Positions 1-14,200 of a DNA stretch of 48,202 nucleotides are shown here, one piece after another; positions within the stretch are counted from its first letter, which is position 1, and every line of letters begins with the position of its first letter. A program made the translations under genes and the position numbers. The notes beneath the pieces were generated by a model, which made no database searches, was not told the DNA's origin, and saw nothing but the letters and a program-made list of their open reading frames with translations. Source of the stretch: Ginkgo biloba (taxonomy: Eukaryota > Plantae > Ginkgophyta); NCBI GenBank assembly GCA_024626585.2, contig JANKJI020000002.1:175750246-175798447 (forward strand), given 5' to 3'.

Positions 1-726
1 TGACCATGTGGAACTTATTAGAGATTTTTTTACCATTATAGGGTTTTTTCTCAGTAGCATATATTTATTTTATTATATTAGGGATAACTATGGACAATAA
101 ATATGAAAGAGTATGTTATAAATTAATTCATGCTTATTATTATATTAATATATTATCTATGTGGTTAGAATAGTTTGGGTTGAATAATGTGTGGCATCTT
201 CCCAATTTAATATTAGGATAAGTTTGGAAAAGGATTCTTGTATAAAATAACATTTTACCATATGTTCTCACACTTTTGGTATTTATACATTTGGTCAATA
301 TACATATTCTCTCATGCTACCAAATTGTGCATTGCATATTATGGAATTAATAGAAATATTTATTTACTATCCAATATATTTTTTTTTAGGCTTGAGAATT
401 GAATCTTTTATTGGAATCGTGTTCATATTATAGAAAGAGGATGAATTGATCTTGTATACTAATCATAATATTGGATATAGGATCTCTTTGGATGTTGTGT
501 AGGTGTTGGCAGCTTCAACAAGTATGTCTAGAGGAATATCTTAGGTTGCGTGCAAAGGCACAATGAATTTATGGGACTCTACTTAGTTTTTTGCATCTTG
601 AGTTTTGTACCATATTTTTGTGGTGCATTTACATAATATTGTGTATATTCATGTCCCAAGAGTGCACAATAATATAATAGTTATTAAATTATGCACATAA
701 ATATGGTATTGAAGAAATAGGTCATA
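1..726 (+). mobile_element. LTR (window-truncated) of the gag-protease LTR-retrotransposon family also seen at 42190-43009
   Basis: Start TGACCATGTGGAACTTATTAGAGATTTTTTTACC aligns with TGACCAAAGGGGACTCATGGAGAGTTTTTTACC at 42192. Block 601-707 (GTTTTGTACCAT...CCCAAGAGTGCAC...CACATAAATATG) aligns with 42815-42925. Both end in TA(G)GTCATA, a decayed inverse of TGTGAC. Confidence 0.7.
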
Positions 727-889
727 CAGGGGATAGAGAAACTATACAGAAGGAAAGAGAGATAGGTTTTAATGAATAGAAGAGATTTAAGGTAATTAAA
801 ACATTTTATTAATCCCTTAGTTTAAATCCAAATAAATTTTTCTAAATAATTAAAGGCCATTCCTTCATCCTCCTACCAAGAAGGTATAT

Positions 890-2609
890 CATGGAGTAGA
901 AAAAAAGAAGAACAGGGCCATTATAGAAATGGATAAAAGTATGCTCAAAGGGAGAAATATGGAAAATCATTTTTGGGTTAATTATGTTCATATGGAAATA
1001 TACTTATTGAAATTGAACCCTACCAAAGTATTAAGGAATGTTACTCTCGAGGAAATTTGGTCAGGAAGGAAACCAAATATTATCCACTTAAAAGTGTTTA
1101 GATGCTTAACATCTCCATGTTTGAGATGAGAAGAGGATAAATTGTACAATAAGTAAAAAATATACATTATTGTTGGCTATAGTGATTCAACCAAATATTA
1201 TAGAGTATATGATGAAGAATATAAAGATATCATCATCAACAAATATATTGTATTTGATGAGTCTCCTAAATATGATTTAGTAATGATGAAAGGAAATAGG
1301 AAAGGAAAAGAAAACGTAGTTGAAAAAGAAAGAAGAGATACTAGTATTATTGACATCAATTCTAGCAATGATGATTTGGGAGGTGCGTCAAATTCTAGTA
1401 CAACTCCACCACTAAGGAAAAGTCTTATATGGGCTAGGAAAATAATTGAAGACTCAATGCTTACTCACATTTCTACATATTAAGGCATATAAATAAGGAG
1501 CATGAGACAAATGTAAACTTTGCACACATGGCTTGTATTCATGATGCGCATAAACCTTCCACTTATGAAGAAACAAAGGAAGTGAAGGAATGGAGAAAAG
1601 ATATGGATGAAGAATAATACTTGGGAACTTGTAAAGTTAGCTAAGGTAAACAATCCCTTTAGATTCAAATGGGAATACAAAGTAGAGTATAAATCATATG
1701 GAAAAATAAAAAAAAATAGAAGGAAAGGTTGGTTGCCAAAGGATATACTTGGAAACAAGGAATATATTATTATGAAATCCTTCCACCCACTATAAAATTA
1801 AACATTATTAAAAATAGATTTTCACTTTCATCTAAAAAGGATTGGACAATACACCAAATGGACATAAAAAATGTCGTCATACATGGAGATATTAATGAAG
1901 AATTTTATGTGGAGTTTCCCTCTAGTTATCTAGTGGAAGAAAATGAATATTATGTTTGAAAACTAACCAAGGCATTATATGGATTCAAAAAATATCCCAG
2001 GTCTTGGTATACCAAGGTTGATGAATACTTGCAAAATATTGGTTTCAAGAGGAGTCTTAGTGATAGGTTATTCAGATGCCATAGTCCATATTGGAGCATT
2101 TGGTATTCAGGTACTGATATTGATTTTCAATTGATAGGTTATTTAGATGTAGATTGGGCTAGCTCTTTAGAAGACAAGAAATCGACTACATGTTATATAT
2201 TTCATTTGGGTTCAGGTGTAGTATTATGGTGTAGCAAGAAGCAACATACAATAACCCTTTCTTGCATAGAGGTCGAGTATAAAGTAATGAAAGTAGCAAT
2301 GCATGGAACAATTTGGTTACATAGATTTTTGGAGGACCTACATTACAGATAGACAAGTGCTACATTTATGTGGTGCATAATCAAAGTGTTTTGCAGATGG
2401 TCAAGAATCCGATTTTTTATGAGAGGACAAAGCATATTGAGATTGATTGCCATTACATTAGATAATGGGTTATAGTAAAGCATATCGAGTTAAAATATTG
2501 CTCTATAGATGACCAATTAAGAGAAATTCTCACCAAGCCACTAGTGAAGGACAAGTTTGAGAAGCACAAGTTATCCCTTGGTGAATTTTGGGTAAACATC
2601 AAGGGATGG
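890..2609 (+). mobile_element. Degenerate Ty1/copia pol remnant (integrase C-terminus, partial RT, RNase H) with PPT
   Basis: Translated motifs in copia order: HGVEKKKNRAIIEMDKSML...EEIWSGRKPNIIHLKVF, VGYSDSTKYYRVYD, KNNTWELVKL, VAKGYTWKQGIYY, IHQMDIKNVVIHGDINEEFYVE, LIGYLDVDWASSLEDKKSTTCYIFHLGSGVVLWCSKKQ, RTKHIEIDCHYIR, ILTKPL. Multiple stops and frameshifts. Purine tract AAGGGATGG at 2601-2609. Confidence 0.92.
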
Positions 2610-2907
2610 TATTAAAGTTGATGTTTCTCCTAATGTATTATTTGTGTTCTTATTATGTTTATTCTAGAGAGGGTTGTAGTTGTTGAGTTTTTAAGTGAGA
2701 AGTAAATATGGCACAAGCCTTTAGGGTTGGCATGAGCTTTTTGGTATAATATGACTAGATGTAAATTTCTATAAATATTTTGGACTGAATGAAGAGTTGA
2801 TTGAGTTTTTCACCCAAATTTTTTCTCTTGTATTCTCTGTGTGAGTGTTGTCTATTCATTGTGTTTGAGTGAGAACCTAGAGAGTTTGCATATTCTAAAA
2901 GTTAACA
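2610..2907 (+). mobile_element. 3' LTR of the copia element (~300 bp)
   Basis: Directly follows the PPT. Begins TATTAA (decayed TGTTAA) and ends TTAACA (2902-2907). TATA-like CTATAAATA near 2769 is followed by a CT/GT-rich R/U5-like tract. Confidence 0.7.
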
Positions 2908-3029
2908 TACTATCCATTCTCTATGAGAATGAGATTGTTTGAGGATTTCCTATTGTAAGGCTATCTTGGGAGTGAATCCTGTGAGTGAGTTTGTTGGGAG
3001 AGGCGTTTCCCAATACTTAAAACATCTGC

Positions 3030-6000
3030 GTGCTTAACCCCTCAATGTGGACTTAAACCAAATATACTTGTTTTCATTTTCAACTTCTTTTGTGATCCAT
3101 TAGAACCATTTTAGATGCTTCATTGCATATCTACCTTTATTATATACATTTCTTTAATTTTTTTATTTTCTTACTTCTTTAGCATCTTCTTCTGTTATAA
3201 TTACATCGTTATTAAAATAATATATCTCATACATCTCCTCTTTCCAATTTTTGACTAAACCATTAGAGTCAACATTCTCTGAACCAATGATTTCAAATCT
3301 CAGAACTCCATCACCATATAGTTCATATCTCTCCTTGACACAATTGTACATATTTTCAACATCTTATTCATGTTTAAGATCATCTTCTTCCATTTCTTCT
3401 TTAGAAGTTTTCATCTTCGTTGATGATTTCTAATGCCTCTTTATTCCTATTCAAAGGAATATCCAATTAAGTATTTCTTTACTTGGATTTAATTTGATAT
3501 TTTTCTAGGCTTATGGATCCTTTCTTTTCTTTGATAAAAGGCCTTCCCAATAATAAATTATAGGAATTTCTCTTATTAGGAAAATAAATCAATTAAAAAT
3601 CTTGCTAAGATTCCATGAGATATTTTGACATTCATCAATTTTTCTTTTAGAGTATCTAAAAACATTCCATTTCTTTCTATATTTCAAAGGAGATTATGTT
3701 GACTTTTGAACCAAAGTCAACCGTAGCATCTTTAATCTTAATGCCTTAAACGATGACTTGAATAAAAGTTTCAATATCCTTCTACTTGATAACTTTGTTT
3801 GTATTCTTCTACATCTTTTTTTATTTTGCAATTATCCAAAGCTTCAAATAGCTTTGCCATTTTTAGTAGAGTTGGCCTCTCTACTATTAATGCTTTGGCT
3901 AATCTCAACAGGTCTTTCTTTGGATTCACTTCTTGAGCTTTATCCCCTTCATTAGAATCTTTTATTCGTAGAGGTTTGTTCTCTTGCTTTTGAGATTACA
4001 AGATCAAATATTTAGCCTTTTTACATTCCTGCTTCTACACTTCAAGTTTAGGGCATAACATTTTAGCCTTCTCTTTCTCTTTTTATGTACACCTCTTCTT
4101 TGAAGTATCGACTTCTTTATGTTCTTTCTTAAAGCCTTATGGGTGTGATCTAGTTGTCAAGTTGACATCCTTGTCTAACCTCAACTTTAGATTTGACTCC
4201 TTTGTCATCNNNNNNNNNNNNNNNNNNNNNNNNNNNNNNNNNNNNNNNNNNNNNNNNNNNNNNNNNNNNNNNNNNNNNNNNNNNNNNNNNNNNNNNNNNN
4301 NNNNNNNNNGCATTTAAGAATACTATGGATCAACCTTAGTGGTTATAAGCTTTTCTTGCGTAGATATGGGCTTATACTATGATGCGCTACCTCTAATTCA
4401 ATTAACCTTATTGCTATTCAACTAATGGGTATTCAACTAATGAGAGTAATATTCATATTAATGTTGTGCAATGACTTAAGAATAGTAATACATAAGATAT
4501 CATAGTTATAACATAAGGATTAACACTAGTTAAAATGGTTCCCTCTAAGAGTTTAGCTAATATAGTGGCCATTTGACCCCATAATGGTGTGTGACGACTA
4601 ATCAAGGGGTAAGGGCTAGACATTTATATTTGGATCTAAGTTAAGTCCTGTTAGGACATGATGTAAGCCAATGCCTAGCTATGGATCCTACGGATTACAC
4701 AAATGGAAAGGATTTCAATGCATTACTCTAATAATGTTTGAACCATTAACATGGAGAGCATACCTTATGGAGTGCCTTTCTTACCAAAATAAAATGAGAA
4801 GTTAGGAAGTGTATTGACCCATAATATGTCTACAAATTAGGTATATTACCTTAAGATAGATTTAGGAATGATGCAAGATCTATCCAAATATATATTTAAT
4901 AGATATAAAGTATCATGTATATTTAAAGATGTACCTACAATATGCAAAAGGAGTTGGACACGAAGATTGAAGAGACTAAATACAATATTGATTTTATAAT
5001 AGTTAATAACTCTTCCTTAGTTTGGTCATTCTTAGATTTCTCATCAATCTGCATTTATATGTAGGTTCTTAAATTCTTAAAGGTTTAGGTGCCCAAACCT
5101 TTCTTTCTTTTGTGAGTTTATGATCACCTCTTTTGATTTCTTATAATATTATTTTTTAGATTTTGGCTCAAGGTACTCCACGTTAGCTTTTCCCTTCTCT
5201 TTAATAGTGTATCTTCTCCTTAGAGCTAATTCTTCTTATGGCTAATCTATCTGTACAAATCCTTATGGATGAGATCTTGAAGTCAAATTGACTTCTCTAT
5301 TTTGTTTCAATTTTGGATTAGAATCAACTCTTATTAGTTTCACCAATTTTACCTTCTCCAATAATATTGGATAGTCCTTTATCTCATGATCACATACTCT
5401 ACAAATTTGACATAGTTTTATAGTAAGAATTAAAAAGGCACAACTACAAGATGTATGGCCTCAACCATTAAATTTAAATCACTTAATGATCCTCAAATCT
5501 ACAACTTTATGTTCTGTATTCACTCGATATGATGTTGTTATTTCATTCTCCTCGTTGTGACTTTAGGAGTTGGTACTAGATATTCTTTGCATATTAGTAT
5601 TTCTGTTCTATGATCTTCTCTTATTACCCTAATAATTGTCTTGAATATGCTTCTAGGTATTATGTCTGAAATAATAATTACTTGAGGATCATTTTCTCTA
5701 TTAGACATGATGGATTGATTATATACTTTTCTTTCTTCCAATAAACATTCATTTTTTATAATGAAATCTATCATATCTTTTGCAATATATCTTCTCTCTC
5801 TCCTTCAGAGTTCTAGTTGCCATTTTTTTTATGGATTCTTAAAGCTTTTGAATTATCCTAGTGAACTCATTTATCTTCTCTAGTGCATTTTGGTCTTGTC
5901 TAATCAACTTCAACCACCATTTGTATTATTTTATGCAATACTTCTCTATAGATTTTTGAACTTCCTTGTTTAACCTAATATTTAACACTTGAGATCAAAT

Positions 6001-6480
6001 TAATAATAAACAAATCAATTGTATATTCCTCTAGAGTTGTATAAGATAAATTTTCAAATAGTATCTTAAAGCGTCCATCGTAATCTTTGATAGACTCCAA
6101 TTTCTTCTGTTGAAGATTCTTTAACTCATTAAAAGTTATATGTGTTGGTTTAGGATATGCATACACTTCTTTATATGCAGTCTCTATTGTAGTCTATATA
6201 TACCAATTCTGTGCTATATTACTCTTTCAAGACCACTCATGTGTTGGTATTTTAAGATTTGTTACAAACTCTCTCCGTTTAATATTATCATTTGCTACCC
6301 TTTTGACATCCCACATACAATCGTAGGTATGTATATATCTTTCTTTATTTCTGAATTCATAAAACATAGGCAACTTTAATGAAACTTTCATAATATTTAT
6401 TTTGGATCCTCTTAATCCATTAATATTACTTCCTTCTAAGGTTTCTATGAGTAATGTTTACTTGCTTGATGTTTTACCAT
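3030..6480 (-). mobile_element. Degenerate Ty3/gypsy gag + aspartic protease remnant (gap at 4210-4309; 4310-4980 may be unrelated)
   Basis: Minus-strand translations: gag-like NELKNLQQKKLESIKDYDGRFKILFENL (~6050-6135); two decayed zinc knuckles *FKFNG*GHTSCSC (~5436-5482) and CQICRVCDHEIKDYP (~5368-5412); protease-like IKDATVDFGSKVNIIS (3689-3736) and YNLLLGRPF (~3536-3562). Confidence 0.75.
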
Positions 6481-8524
6481 GAATCAACCACCTTATAGAT
6501 CTTTCCTCTCTTGTTTCGGGTCTTTTTAGGATCTATGTGATTTCTTCCATCTTCTCAACTTAATTCTTTAAGAATTTATAAGACCTTTAAAAGCTTAATA
6601 GTTTTCTTTAAATTTTTCAAGAATATTTAAGATCTTAGGTTCTTTTCTTATAATCTTTATCAATTTTCCATATATTGATAATCTTTAAGCATTTTTCAAC
6701 TCTTATTTACTTATACAAGATCTAAAGAGAATACNNNNNNNNNNNNNNNNNNNNNNNNNNNNNNNNNNNNNNNNNNNNNNNNNNNNNNNNNNNNNNNNNN
6801 NNNATTTCTTTGACGCTTAGTTAGTCTATGGGTGTGCTTATGCTTTAGACAACACATATTTATAAACTTTCATCAATCTTTACTTATCCCTTGCTCTTAC
6901 ACCGTTCCTTGGGTTGAAGAGTCAATGCTTTATCATTCATTCTAATCATTTTAATTTCTAATCAAAATCTTTAAATCTTTATTCTCTTATACAAAATTAT
7001 ACATATCAACCAGGATTTAGCAATCTTTAAGAATTTTGTTCGCTCTTCATGTCAACTTGATAGTTCTTGAATTAACCTTTAAATATTACTCACTTATTTA
7101 AAGATTTGATCTCCTTAGAATCTTGAATGTATATTGTCTTCATCTCTCATTCATATTTTTGTTACAACTAACTCATTCAACCTTAAATATCTATCAATTT
7201 TCTATTAATCTTTGTATATTAGAAGCTATATTCTAGATATTTAGTCACACTTTAGAAAGAACTATAGAAATTCAATAATTCTTTAAAGCTTACTTATAAC
7301 TTGACCTGACACACTTTAAAGGTTGTAAATATTGATCAATGCACACCTTGTATGACTTCTACAACTCTTTTTTAGGTAACATAACTAATGTTTAATTGTA
7401 TGATTTTGAACTCAATAACAATTAACTAAAAACTAACCTATAGTTCTTTTTCCATGCATTTAATTTACAATTATCCACAATATTTATATATGTAATAACT
7501 AATCAAACACAAAACATATTCATAAATATAAACTCAAATCACCAACAAATAACACAAAGACACAATACACATTCTAAATGAAGCTTCGTTTTATCACTTT
7601 AATTCAAGACTATTTACAAAGACAATGGAGAGCATCATACATTAACTTGCATCTCAATCATACCAACCTATCCATCATTACGAAACTCTCACCTATGGTT
7701 ACAATTAACATTTATTTATACGTAGAATTCCTACCCGATTTACTCTAAAATATTCTCATTCAAATTTGAAATATTTATTATGCGAATATTCTCTTATATC
7801 TTTCTGCAAAAATGATTTCTTATGACTAAACATATGAATAAAATCTATACCATGTATAATGGATGTACTCCTTTAGGGGTTAAATTATTGTTTATTTAAC
7901 TTAAATGTATATATATTATATCTCACTCTACAAAAATATCCCTTAATTATTATGTAAATATAGTTATTTAAGAGCCATTAAGATGGTGTTTGAAAATATG
8001 TAGTAAGAGTAATGTTAAAGAAACCTTTTCTATATATGAACTTTATATAGACCTATTACATGAAACCTCATATAAATTTCTTAGTTATTGAAAGAAAGAA
8101 TATGAAATCTCATTACTAGAGTCAACAAAATACACACTTAGGTAATTCCCTAAACCTCTAGGCATCTTCCATAAACTATGGTATTTGCGTAGTATAATGA
8201 ATTTGTTTCCTAATACTTGGTACCTTGCTAAGTAATCATAAAAAACCACTAAAGGATAAAACCCACTCCTTTTGTTACAATAATAATTAGGGATGATGGG
8301 CCTAACAAGTGTCAAAGAGTACCTCTTCAAATTACATACTACACTTCTTATAAAACACATTGGATTTATAATGCGATTAAACTTATATTAGAAGTATAAG
8401 TGTATGGAATCAATATACACATGGTTTTCCTTCTTATCCTATGCTACAAATTATATCCATCCTTATGTAAATGCATAAGGCATATAATTTCATCTTAAGC
8501 TTGGCATCATTTACTTCATAGGAA

Positions 8525-8628
8525 CTGATGTGCCATCCGAACCATTGGAGGGCTAGTGTTTGGTCCCATGGAATCAAACTTATGGGGGCTATGACCAAAG
8601 GGGATCATAGTGGAGAGTTTTTGACCAT
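8525..8628 (+). mobile_element. 3' subterminal/PPT and LTR start of the gag-protease LTR family (runs into assembly gap)
   Basis: ATGTGCCATCC...GGAGGGCTAG...TGGTCCCATGG...GGGGGCTATGACCAAAGGGGA...GGAGAGTTTTT aligns with 42127-42220. Confidence 0.75.
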
Positions 8629-10941
8629 NNNNNNNNNNNNNNNNNNNNNNNNNNNNNNNNNNNNNNNNNNNNNNNNNNNNNNNNNNNNNNNNNNNNNNNN
8701 NNNNNNNNNNNNNNNNNNNNNNNNNNNNTACATGCATAAGAAGTTTTAAAGTATTAAGCATACACTCTATCCTAAATAATTTTTGGTCTTTACTTAACTA
8801 TATGGTTAATTAAAGAGCTAAAAGTTATTAAGAATAGAGTATCTAGGAGATAAAACAATTATTAGATGTTAATAGGATGATTTGTTTTATTTTTAAAGTA
8901 TCCTTAAAGGGATTCCAATATAGATATCTATACATTTTATAACATCACTGGGTTCTAGTTTCAAGAGAGGACTAAATGGTAGGGCTAGAGAGCCTAGTAT
9001 GTAGGAACCCATGGATTGAAGATAAGGAGGCCAATCTATGCATCTAACATGGTAATAAATCTATCCCTATATGGAAAATGCCTTCAGAGGGACTAGATTA
9101 GAAGTGACCATGTGACAAGTGATAATATCATTTATAATGTTGTTAACTAAACAACTTAATAAATTTAGATTGCATAGTAATGTGATGCATGCACAAGTAG
9201 ATTTAGTGAAGCTTTTATTGAAGAGATAAATTAATAAATTTATGAACATTATTAACCTATGCAATAAGTGGGTATAAATATGTGTATATGACTAGATGTT
9301 AGGCTCCTAGCATATTGGAATCACTAAAAAATCCTAAAATAACTTCATATTCAAATTCATTTTGGAGCGGATCAAACTAAGTGTGTGGATGAAATAATGA
9401 ATTAATGGACGTCATTAATACCCGCATGACTGTGATGATGACACAACTCTAATGAATGGCATCATTTATGAAATTGAAAGGGGAAATTAAAATCAAGCCT
9501 ATAAAATAAAATTAGTAAAAGTGACTTAAAATAAATTGTAAAAAGTAAAAATATACATTTTAAGTGAAAATATATCATTTTAAAGTTGTTTTTGCTTTTG
9601 AAAATGGCCAAAAAAGAGGATATATAGAGCTTACATATGAGGCTAAAGATGCATTGGATGAGGTAATCTTTTGACTTTATCATTTTTGTATATATTTTAA
9701 AAAATTAAGTATATATGGGGGCACTACAATATCCTTAGGCATAATTTTTTTTTAAAGTAGAGTACATGATTCATAGGATTTTCATAAGGATTATAATTAA
9801 AGAGTTTGTTTGCACCTCATTCCAACAAAGAGATGATTATGAACAATCCTAACCATTAATAATTGAACTTCTTAGTGCCTAGTTTATTTGTCAATTATGT
9901 ATATACCAATACAAAATTTCTCTCTTTAAATTAATAAAGGAAAATAAAGTGATTATAGATAGCATTTATATGTTGGATTTGGGATTTAGGGTATTTGAGT
10001 GCTACGTGATGATTCTCATGGAATTGTTTGATCTTAGTAAGTCAAGTTTCTATTAGAGTTAATCCCAGGTATTCTTAACTACCATTCGAAGTGATGGTAT
10101 CTCATATTTGATTGGAAGTGTGGCTTCCACTTCATATACTAGTAAAAAGGAAATAAACCCCATTATGACTTTTATGGATACATGATATACCCATAAAGAT
10201 GGATGCATATTAACATTCTAATCATATTTTCTTATAGAGACCATTCTTTGAAGTATTGTTTTGATGAAATTATTAATAATCTCAACCCATTGATTAGATT
10301 ATGGATAGTAGGGAGAGGATTTTCCATGATTTATGCAAAAAAATTAGAACAAATTCCTTGATATATCATTCATCAAATGTGAACTATGGTCAAGCGTGAT
10401 CTAGTAAGGGAAACCTAATCCATAATTAAACACAAGCATAAAAATTGAAAGTCATTCATTTTTATGAACATGTATGGCCTCAACCCCGTAGTTCAAATAA
10501 TAAATTGCAACTATTAGATAGTTATGATTTTTGTGGGATGAAGGAACAACAAAAATTATAGGATGAAATGGAATACAGGGTTCATTCCATTTTGGAAAAT
10601 ATTTGATAATTAGTATATTGTTGGAATACTTGATGGTAATTTAAGAAANNNNNNNNNNNNNNNNNNNNNNNNNNNNNNNNNNNNNNNNNNNNNNNNNNNN
10701 NNNNNNNNNNNNNNNNNNNNNNNNNNNNNNNNNNNNNNNNNNNNNNNNNNNNNNNNNNNNNNNNNNNNNNNNNNNNNNNNNNNNNNNNNNNNNNNNNNNN
10801 NNNNNNNNNNNNNNNNNNNNNNNNNNNNNNNNNNNNNNNNNNNNNNNNNNNNNNNNNNNNNNNNNNNNNNNNNNNNNNNNNNNNNNNNNNNNNNNNNNNN
10901 NNNNNNNNNNNNNNNNNNNNNNNNNNNNNNNNNNNNNNNNN

Positions 10942-11290
10942 AGTTCATTTGATACAAATTTATACATAAAGTTAATTGGTTTATATATTTTGATTATTTT
11001 TTTTTATATTGATGATCAAATATATATAGGAAATATCTGACATATTTTACATGATTTTAAGGAAGGAATGTACAAAGAATTTGAGATGCTAGATCTTGGA
11101 CAATTGTATTATTTTTAAAGTATTGAAGTGTGAAAAAGTGAAGGAGATATATTTATTTCACAATCCAAATATGTCAAGGACATATTAAAGAATTGAATAT
11201 GCATTATTGCAAACCCATTGCAACACCTATCAAAAGTGGAATAAAACTTTTAAGGTATGAAGAATTAAAATATATTAACTCAACATATGT
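10942..11290 (+). mobile_element. Degenerate Ty1/copia reverse transcriptase core fragment
   Basis: Translates as SSFDTNLYIK...LIIFFYIDDQIYIG...KEFEMLDLGQLYYF*SIEV*...IFISQSKYVKDILK...CKPIATP, covering the YVDD motif and EFEMxDLG motif region. Confidence 0.85.
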
Positions 11291-14200
11291 TGGAGGTAAA
11301 TTTATTATTATTATGATATTAAATTTAATGGGAAAGATGAAACAAATGGTCATTGTATTTGAATGTGAAGACTTATAATGTAGATCTTAAAAAAAGATTT
11401 AAAATTATAAAAGTATAAAGAACTCCTCCCAGATTGAGCAAGTTCTAGGTACTACTTTGTAGTTGCAAGCTATTACCTTAGCTAAACAAAAGAAAAAAAT
11501 TATATTCTCTGATTATTTTGAATCAATTATAAATTGCCTCTCATGAAATATAACACTACTGTAATTTATATGGAAATATGAAACCCACGAGCTTATTGTT
11601 TATAGTCTATTTCATTTTTGAGTTTGATTTATCCACTAGACCCCCTATATTTTTTAGAGTTTGGATCCTAACCAAGAAGTTTTCAATAGACGTAGACCCC
11701 CATAGACATATCTATTTTAGTAATTCTCTATAGAAACATACTTATCAACCTATTAGATATATTTTAAAATCTCACTAACTCATAAGAATCCTTAAACATT
11801 CTAAAATATATAATTAAATCCTTCTCTTGATCCATTACATCCATCCCAAATAGGACTTTCAACATAAATTCTATTTGTTTTGAGGGATGATAATGATTGT
11901 GAATAGAATTGACCCACTTTGCCATTAATGGACCTTGATGTAAAATCTTGATGATAGTAATTTACAAACATTAGGGTTCCTCTTTTAAATTTAATTACCA
12001 CGTATGGTTGAAGGCATGAATAAGAGTACATACCCATATTTACTTATCATTATCTACTTTGGTTGAAATTTACTATTTGCAGAAATATTATATCTCTATA
12101 CCAAAAAATAATTCTATTAATGTGCAAAATATTCTCATTAGAAATTGGAATGCTACTAGATGCTTCATTAAACACCAAGTTTTTGGTAATAACAATACCC
12201 TTTTTGGCCTTGATGGAGATAAACTAGAAATAAAATAATAACCTAATGTCTCAACCTCCTANNNNNNNNNNNNNNNNNNNNNNNNNNNNNNNNNNNNNNN
12301 NNNNNNNNNNNNNNNNNNNNNNNNNNNNNNNNNNNNNNNNNNNNNNNNNNNNNNNNNNNNNNNNNNNNNNNNNNNNNNNNNNNNNNNNNNNNNNNNNNNN
12401 NNNNNNNNNNNNNNNNNNNNNNNNNNNNNNNNNNNNNNNNNNNNNNNNNNNNNNNNNNNNNNNNNNNNNNNNNNNNNNNNNNNNNNNNNNNNNNNNNNNN
12501 NNNNNNNNNNNNNNNNNNNNNNNNNNNNNNNNNNNNNNNNNNNNNNNNNNNNNNNNNNNNNNNNNNNNNNNNNNNNNNNNNNNNNNNNNNNNNNNNNNNN
12601 NNNNNNNNNNNNNNNNNNNNNNNNNNNNNNNNNNNNNNNNNNNNNNNNNNNNNNNNNNNNNNNNNNNNNNNNNNNNNNNNNNNNNNNNNNNNNNNNNNNN
12701 NNNNNNNNNNNNNNNNNNNNNNNNNNNNNNNNNNNNNNNNNNNNNNNNNNNNNNNNNNNNNNNNNNNNNNNNNNNNNNNNNNNNNNNNNNNNNNNNNNNN
12801 NNNNNNNNNNNNNNNNNNNNNNNNNNNNNNNNNNNNNNNNNNNNNNNNNNNNNNNNNNNNNNNNNNNNNNNNNNNNNNNNNNNNNNNNNNNNNNNNNNNN
12901 NNNNNNNNNNNNNNNNNNNNNNNNNNNNNNNNNNNNNNNNNNNNNNNNNNNNNNNNNNNNNNNNNNNNNNNNNNNNNNNNNNNNNNNNNNNNNNNNNNNN
13001 NNNNNNNAGGGTTAACACAATAGGTAAACATTCCTTATAGGGAGGTGAAAATGGTTTTATACTTATCTTAGTTATAAGAATTTGGTTATAGCTAGATAAG
13101 CCATCCATTAGAGAGAGGACTTCATAATTGCTAGAGTGATCAATGAATTCATAAATAAAGGGTTTAAGGTAGTTATCCTTAATACATGTCTTATTGAGGT
13201 CACAAAAATCCTAATAAAATATTATAATAGCATTTTCTTGAAGAATGGGTGTAATATTTATGATCCATTTTATATTATGAATTGGGTGGATAAAACACAC
13301 ATCTAGAAGTTTTAAAATTCTATCTTAATTATGGATGATAAATTAAGGATTTTTAGATCTTTGGAAATATTGCACAAGATGTGTGATAATATTTATATCA
13401 ATTTTATGAGTGAAAATTTTAGGATCCATACCATGCATCTTTGAATAGGACTAGACAAAGATAACACTAAACTCTAAAAGTTTATATGAGCATTCTTCAT
13501 TAAGATTTCATTCAATCCCTATTAGAATATTGCACGATTTTTATGTGTCAAATATATTGATGGTATAAATTTCTCCTACATTCATAAGATTTCTCTCTTC
13601 AAATCCATTTAGTGATGGAGGAATAAAATGGAAGAAATCAATGACTCCTAAAGGAAGGAAATCAATGATATCAATTGTTGACATTTCTTGTATGGTTGTA
13701 TGGAAAGGATTTTTATTTGATAATTGGATGGGGTACCCATGTTTATGGTGAGAAATTCTCTATTTTGATTGAGGGAACTAAAGTAAATCCAACAAGGGTT
13801 TATCATTTGAAAAGAGATCCATAGGGATGGATTAGACCATAAGTATAACATGTTGTCATTACCTTTTAATGTTAAATTTTTACAAGAGAAATAATATTCT
13901 ATGGATAACCTATTAATTTATAAATGGACCAGGCCCTTAAAGGTTGAGATAAATGTGTCATCATAATAAAATGTAGGGGATAAATTTAAATTGTGTAGTG
14001 ATTTAGATTTAGGGATTGATGTTGGTGCTATAGAGACTATAGGAAACTCATCCTCCAAAGTATTTTCCATTGATAAATATTGGATAAATTAAAGGTGATA
14101 CATTATCAAATCTTATCAATTGAGGAGGAAATCAATGGATCTAAATAGAGATTACATGTTTGTGGTCTTACATTACATACAAAGGTGATTGAGGAGTAAG

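Noticed and set aside
6917-6931. 15-bp match AAGAGTCAATGCTTT to the SINE head
   Set aside because: No A/B boxes, tail or TSD around it; probably chance.
6800-7950. Possible 5' UTR and LTR of the minus-strand gypsy remnant
   Set aside because: Composition is suggestive, but no PBS or LTR termini could be identified.
10610-13108. Long ORFs in the ORF track containing X runs (also at 8.5, 14.5, 15.0, 16.2, 22.4, 30.3, 34.7, 36.1, 40.3 and 43.0 kb)
   Set aside because: Artefacts of N gaps.
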